Below, piece after piece: positions 59,002 through 64,000 of a DNA stretch of 64,000 bases. The DNA is from Epiperipatus broadwayi (taxonomy: Eukaryota > Animalia > Onychophora). The position numbers were made by a program, and so were the translations under genes. The notes below the pieces were generated by a model that worked only from the letters and a program-made list of their open reading frames with translations, had not been told where the DNA came from and ran no database searches. The DNA lies in assembly GCA_028023455.1 (NCBI GenBank), contig JAQFVV010000006.1, positions 15,004,001-15,068,000 on the forward strand. The letters are read 5' to 3'. Positions within the stretch are counted from its first letter, which is position 1; every line of letters starts with the position of its first letter.

Positions 59002-62000
59002 ATGAAAATAAAAATAACAGCACTTAATGTCCCCAAGGATTAAACTTCACAAAAAAAATACAACAAATTAATAAATGGATGCAGACAATGCAACCCAACA
59101 TATTGTGTCTACTAGAAACAAAAATATATAACGGATCCCAAACCAACTTAGCTACATATGAGTAAACTTGGTTTTTGCGTATGCTCGACGAACACATCAG
59201 CACCATCAAGTGGGACAGGTATATTTATCAGCCATGAATGTCCCTTCACATCATTTAAAATAAATTTCATAGACTCCAATCTTTTGATAAATATGCTTAA
59301 TCACAGAAGCTTTTCAATTAACATTATATTTGTATATATACCCCGGTCCTATTATAATTAACAATAATATTAACTATTAACTCCCTGTTAGCATCCAATC
59401 CCTATCCCACTATACTTTCCAGAGAAGTTTATTGCAGAATGGATAAATCAACTTGCAATACTGCTGAGTGGTGAAGGTTTTCTCCTACGAAACTCAGTAT
59501 CTTTTCGTAACAACCACCATGGCACTCTCATTGATCTTATGTTCTATTCTCCAATGCTGCATCACTCAATCAAAGTAAGTCTCTCCCCCTCCCCATTTTC
59601 TGATCATGTGGTGCAAATAATAAAATTAAATCTAAACACGTACCACACTAACACACAAAATACAATAAGGATCCTCCTACCAGTCAACACTCCAGAGTTC
59701 CTCTTCTCCGAAACATACATCATAGTAAATAAGCTCAATCAGATCCAACTTGACCCAATCTCTAAATATATAGCATATACACACATCCTCTAATTTAATA
59801 TCAATCATATTACTCAAAAATCAACCCCCCCTCTAAACTAATTACGTTAGCAGATGAGCTACATAAAAAAATTATCATGCCAAAACCAGTCACTCACAAT
59901 CAAGAAAACATAATAAAGCTGACACAACTATATAATCAAACATGCAATAAGCTAAAGCAATATCTAGCAATTAAGAAAAAAGAATTTGTCTAACACAGCA
60001 ACACACCTGGGCCTATGGGATACATTTCGATGGCATTGGGCTATCCATCCATGAATAGAGTTCCCATTGCAGTAGAATGGGATGGGAAAATCACAGCTGG
60101 ACATAATATGATACAACCGATATAACAGCATTTCAAAGAAAAGTTAACAAAGCATAACCAATTCAACCCCCCAGAAATTTTTTTTTGGGAAACCAGAAAC
60201 AGAGACACCATTTGAAATTGCAGATTTTGCACTCATTCTAGCATCAATTCCAGGTACATGTCACCCAGAACCACCAGGAATCTCACCATTTGTATTGTCA
60301 CATCTCAGCTGATTTACAAATATATACCTCTACCAGCTTGCAACTCAACTATCACAAAAGCTATACAATGTACAAGAATTATATCCAGCTCCAATGGTTC
60401 CCTTTATTAAAAAACAAGCACCAACTGCCACATTCTCCAATCAGTGGTGAATCTCAATGGAGCCTTTGGGAATAAAAATTCTGGAAAAAGTTTTAAAAGA
60501 AAAAATTGAACCATATATAATAAAACAAATATCACAGCATCAGTATGCAAAGAAGGGATCATCAACAGGTCAAACAGCACTAATAATACAAAACAATCAT
60601 TAACTCAGTAATTAAAAGGAAAAAATATGCCCCAATGGCTGTGCAATTAGATTTTGAAATGCTTTTGATTCAGTGCCAATCAAAATACTGTTAATTCAAC
60701 TAAAAAAACAGAAATACCTCCCACAATCTTATATACAATCACCAACCTGCTATTGAACAGAGAAATTCATATCACACTCAATGGCATATCATCATCTTTC
60801 TACCTCAGCCAATCAATCCCACAAGGATCTTCAATCAGCATCCTATTATTTACATTACATTTAAATCCCCTGTTATAACAAATTTTTAAAAAATCCAAGG
60901 AATTCCAATTTCAAACACCAACACATACATACCATGTATAGCTTACATGGATGATGTCACCGTATTTCTAAAATCAAAGAAGCAATTACCTATATTGCAA
61001 GAAATCATAAAAGAATATACAGCAAATATTGGGCTAAAAATCAATACCTACAAATTGACTGCATGGGCAATATTTACAGGTAAATTAAACACACAGATAT
61101 ATCAAGGTAAACCCAGTATGTTTCTGGGTTTCCCTTTCCACTTGGATATGAATCAAATGAGAAAGAAAATACAAAACAAACTTAAAGCAGAAGCAGAGAA
61201 AATCACTGAATCACTCTCCAAATTCTGTCTTTCACTCTACTCAAAAGTATCATTATACAATCAGCTTATTATGACAAAAATTATCTACTATCTGCCAATA
61301 ATACATTTCACAAAATCATTTATTTCAGCAATTAACTCATTATGCAACAAACTACTATGGAAAGAAAAGTAGTAGCCATCTCAGTAAAACAATTAAACCA
61401 ACCTACAAAGTGGAATGGTCTTGGACTACATGCAATACCAGTGTTTCACACCCAAAAAACAGTAAATCTGTTTATAGCCATATTTAAATGTTTTCCAGAG
61501 ATACAGGTAATAATAGAAATAACATCCACTGATTTGCCTCCCCCCACATATAACTATATCTCTACCCTGCTTGTGAGTTGTGAACCCATAAGAAGCAACA
61601 CTAAAAACACAAATACCCTTATTGGCAAATACAAAATCTACTGTTTCCAGACCAACCAGTGAATAACCAGCCCACAGTACTGGGAATAATGGCCAACTGT
61701 TAAGAAAGTTCAAAAGATGGTACTTGGAACCAAAATTTTATAATTTTATTATTAAACGTACCCTGAATGCATTTACCAACAACACAGTTTAGTTTATTCA
61801 GTAAAAGAAATTCTATGCAAATGTTGATACACTGTGTATACTATGTCATAGAGATGAAGAAACACAAATCCATTTCCTATACGATTGTCTAGCTCTAGAA
61901 AAAGTGTGCCTAATGATGCTGAACAATTACAGATAAAACGGGACTACAATTAATAAAATAATAGATACATACAAAAAAACCACAATACCAATAGTACATG

Positions 62001-62220
62001 CAGCCACATTCAGCTTATATGCATATTGATGTACCAGATGCACATTCACATTTGGAAACAATCAAAGAAGACACTCCAACACTTACTACAACAAAATTTA
62101 AAAACTTAAGGATAGCGACAGTATTCTTGCATTGTAGGACATTTTTGCAACAATATGGTTTCTCTTCAAAATATGCTCCGCATTATGACAAGGACTGGAA
62201 TTAGTACTCCTAAAAATAAA
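59002..62220 (+). pseudogene. L1/Tx1-like LINE ORF2 (APE endonuclease, RT, C-terminal zinc finger), frameshifted
   Basis: MKIKITALNV..ILCLLETK; SSGTGIFI; IIFVYIP; LIDLMF..FSDH; NAFDSV; IPQGSSISILLF; AYMDD (60941-60955); CILCHRDEETQIHFLYDC (about 61834-61887). Confidence 0.85.
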
Positions 62221-63323
62221 TTTAAAAAATGAGATAAGCTAACACAACCCCTTTGATGGCCAATCATTGTACCAATGAATTTTTTTACCTGGTTAAACAA
62301 GATAACTTTCAGAGACAAAGACTAAATCAAAATTAAAAAGAACTTTTTCATATAAGTACATGTAACCCTAGTGTAACCTATTTTGATGTAATCAATTGAT
62401 ACTAAATAAAGTTTCCTTTGAAATTCAATAAAAAAAAGTATTTGTGTTTCATGGATTGATCATCTCTAATGTATTGCTATTATAATTGAAGACAATAATG
62501 ATTATTTAATATCAAAATTCACTTGTGATGTTATAAATAAAGATATTGAATTTTAAATTTCATTTTATCCTTATTTATTTAATGTTGTTATTGCTGATTG
62601 AGACAATTTTTTAATCATGTGTGCCGTATTGCTTTTTGAATTAACAAAATACTTTAGTCACAAGAATTTCTGCAAACTAATATCACAAAAAGAATTAATG
62701 AAAATTTGAAGGAAACGTTAATTTCTGTGTGAATTAAAAAAATTGAATGTATAAAATTAATGTTTGAACAGTTTTAATAATTAAGTTCATTCCCGGTAAA
62801 ATAGATTATTGCAACAATTAGAAATGATACAGAGGGCCAACAATTTTAAATACTGTCACAGATGACAATATTATATTTATACTTTTGTAGGCCCAAGGCA
62901 CAGTATTATGTGAGATCCCTACATATAATTATTTACTAATTTAAATGAATAAAGATAGAGTTAAAAAATAATAATTACAGTACTTTTTTATTAAAAACTA
63001 AATAAAGTTATAAAATAAGTATAGAGTCAAAGTATTTGTTTTAAAGGTAATACTTCATCCTTAACCACTACATTTTCTGATATAGTTCATTATGTAGCCC
63101 ATCTTTCATGCCAACAATCTAGAAAATTAACTGCAGGCCAGTTGAACTTTGGAAATTTTTGCAGGTTGCGAGCTTATTTGTGTGTGTATTTGTTTTTTTA
63201 ATTTCACGTAATTAGGTTAGTTATTCTAGTTAATTATCTGGTATTGATCAGTAAATATATATCTAATTAATATTAACTAGAGGGCACTGTCACAACAATG
63301 AAGCTAGTCAGACAAGTGTTAAT

Positions 63324-63594
63324 ATCATCATCAACCATTATCAATCCACTGCAGGATGAAGGTCTCTCCAAGTTTAATCCATCTTCTCCGATCTTTAGCT
63401 TCTCTTCTCCATATCACCCCTGCACATTTTCTTATTTCATCCATCCATCTCACATGTGGTCTCTTTCTGGGTCTTTTACAATCTCTTGGAATCCAGTTTA
63501 AAATTTCAATTGTCCATCTATTATCATCTCTTCTAGCAATATGTCCAGCCCAACTCCATTTCAATCTTTTAATTTTTTCAATAAGGTCAATATA
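63324..63594 (-). mobile_element. 5'-truncated RTE LINE 3' end, young (open frame) with (GAT)n tail
   Basis: ORF 63331-63621: IEKIKRLKWSWAGHIARRDDNRWTIEILNWIPRDCKRPRKRPHVRWMDEIRKCAGVIWRREAKDRRRWIKLGETFILQWIDNG. Confidence 0.92.
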
Positions 63595-64000
63595 CTGACT
63601 TAAAATAAAAAACAAATACAATTGTAATAGGCTACAGCTCCCCCCCTCCCCAGTTAAGCAGATGTCACTGAGTTTGCTTGAAGATTTGCAATGATATTTT
63701 AGATGTGATAATATGTTGGACTATTTCCATTATCTATTATTACATATCATTGCTGTGAGATTTTGCATTTAATATAGAGGGCGCTTGGAGAGTCCACCAT
63801 TCTAAAATATTACATATTATTTAGTACTGTAATATTTTTAATATTATGTAATAATGATAAGGTCATTTCTCCTTAAAACTATTAAAATGAGTCTTTGGAG
63901 CTTCTGCATTGTATATATTATTTTTTTTAAATATACATAATAAACTTTATTAAATTTAGATCAATTCTAATAAGGCTATTGTTAACATTTCTAAAGAATA

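Larger units (their letters stand above)
57590..62440 (+). mobile_element. Near-full-length decayed L1/Tx1-clade LINE
   Basis: ORF1 then ORF2 in order, 3' AATAAA and short A-run at about 62405-62437; no TSD identified. Confidence 0.8.

Noticed and set aside
356-63598. Most remaining 60-100 aa ORFs in the six-frame track
   Set aside because: Composition (I, L, F, Y, K, N-rich) is what AT-rich non-coding DNA yields by chance, or they are antisense frames of the TEs listed

Overview
Very AT-rich eukaryotic DNA, most likely from an invertebrate; the taxon cannot be determined from the sequence. There are no prokaryotic features, no CRISPR array and no intact long ORF. The window is a dense transposable-element graveyard, probably largely intronic or intergenic. 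The main signal is Penelope-like retroelements (PLEs) and their non-autonomous relatives (retrozyme-like units). It contains two 5'-truncated PLEs with GIY-YIG (one also with RT) and at least five families of short repeats carrying minimal type I hammerhead-ribozyme (HHR) motifs. About 19 HHR or HHR-like cores were recognised by eye, most of them mutated. Nearly every copy ends in an inversion, giving about ten palindromes of 0.13-2.8 kb. The most unusual observation is a PLE (28405-29871) whose terminal repeat contains a tRNA-Lys-like Pol III head directly upstream of the HHR-like core. A solo copy of that repeat (1407-1793) starts at the tRNA 5' end, as if a SINE had been born from the PLE terminal repeat. 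Also present are many RTE-clade LINE fragments, a decayed near-full-length L1/Tx1-like LINE (57.6-62.4 kb), a tRNA-derived SINE family, three hAT-type and one Tc1/mariner-type non-autonomous DNA elements, and a cluster of five phase-compatible GT-AG exons (46.6-47.5 kb) of an unidentified host gene. All coordinates and alignments were read by eye; boundaries are approximate unless a TSD or TIR is cited.
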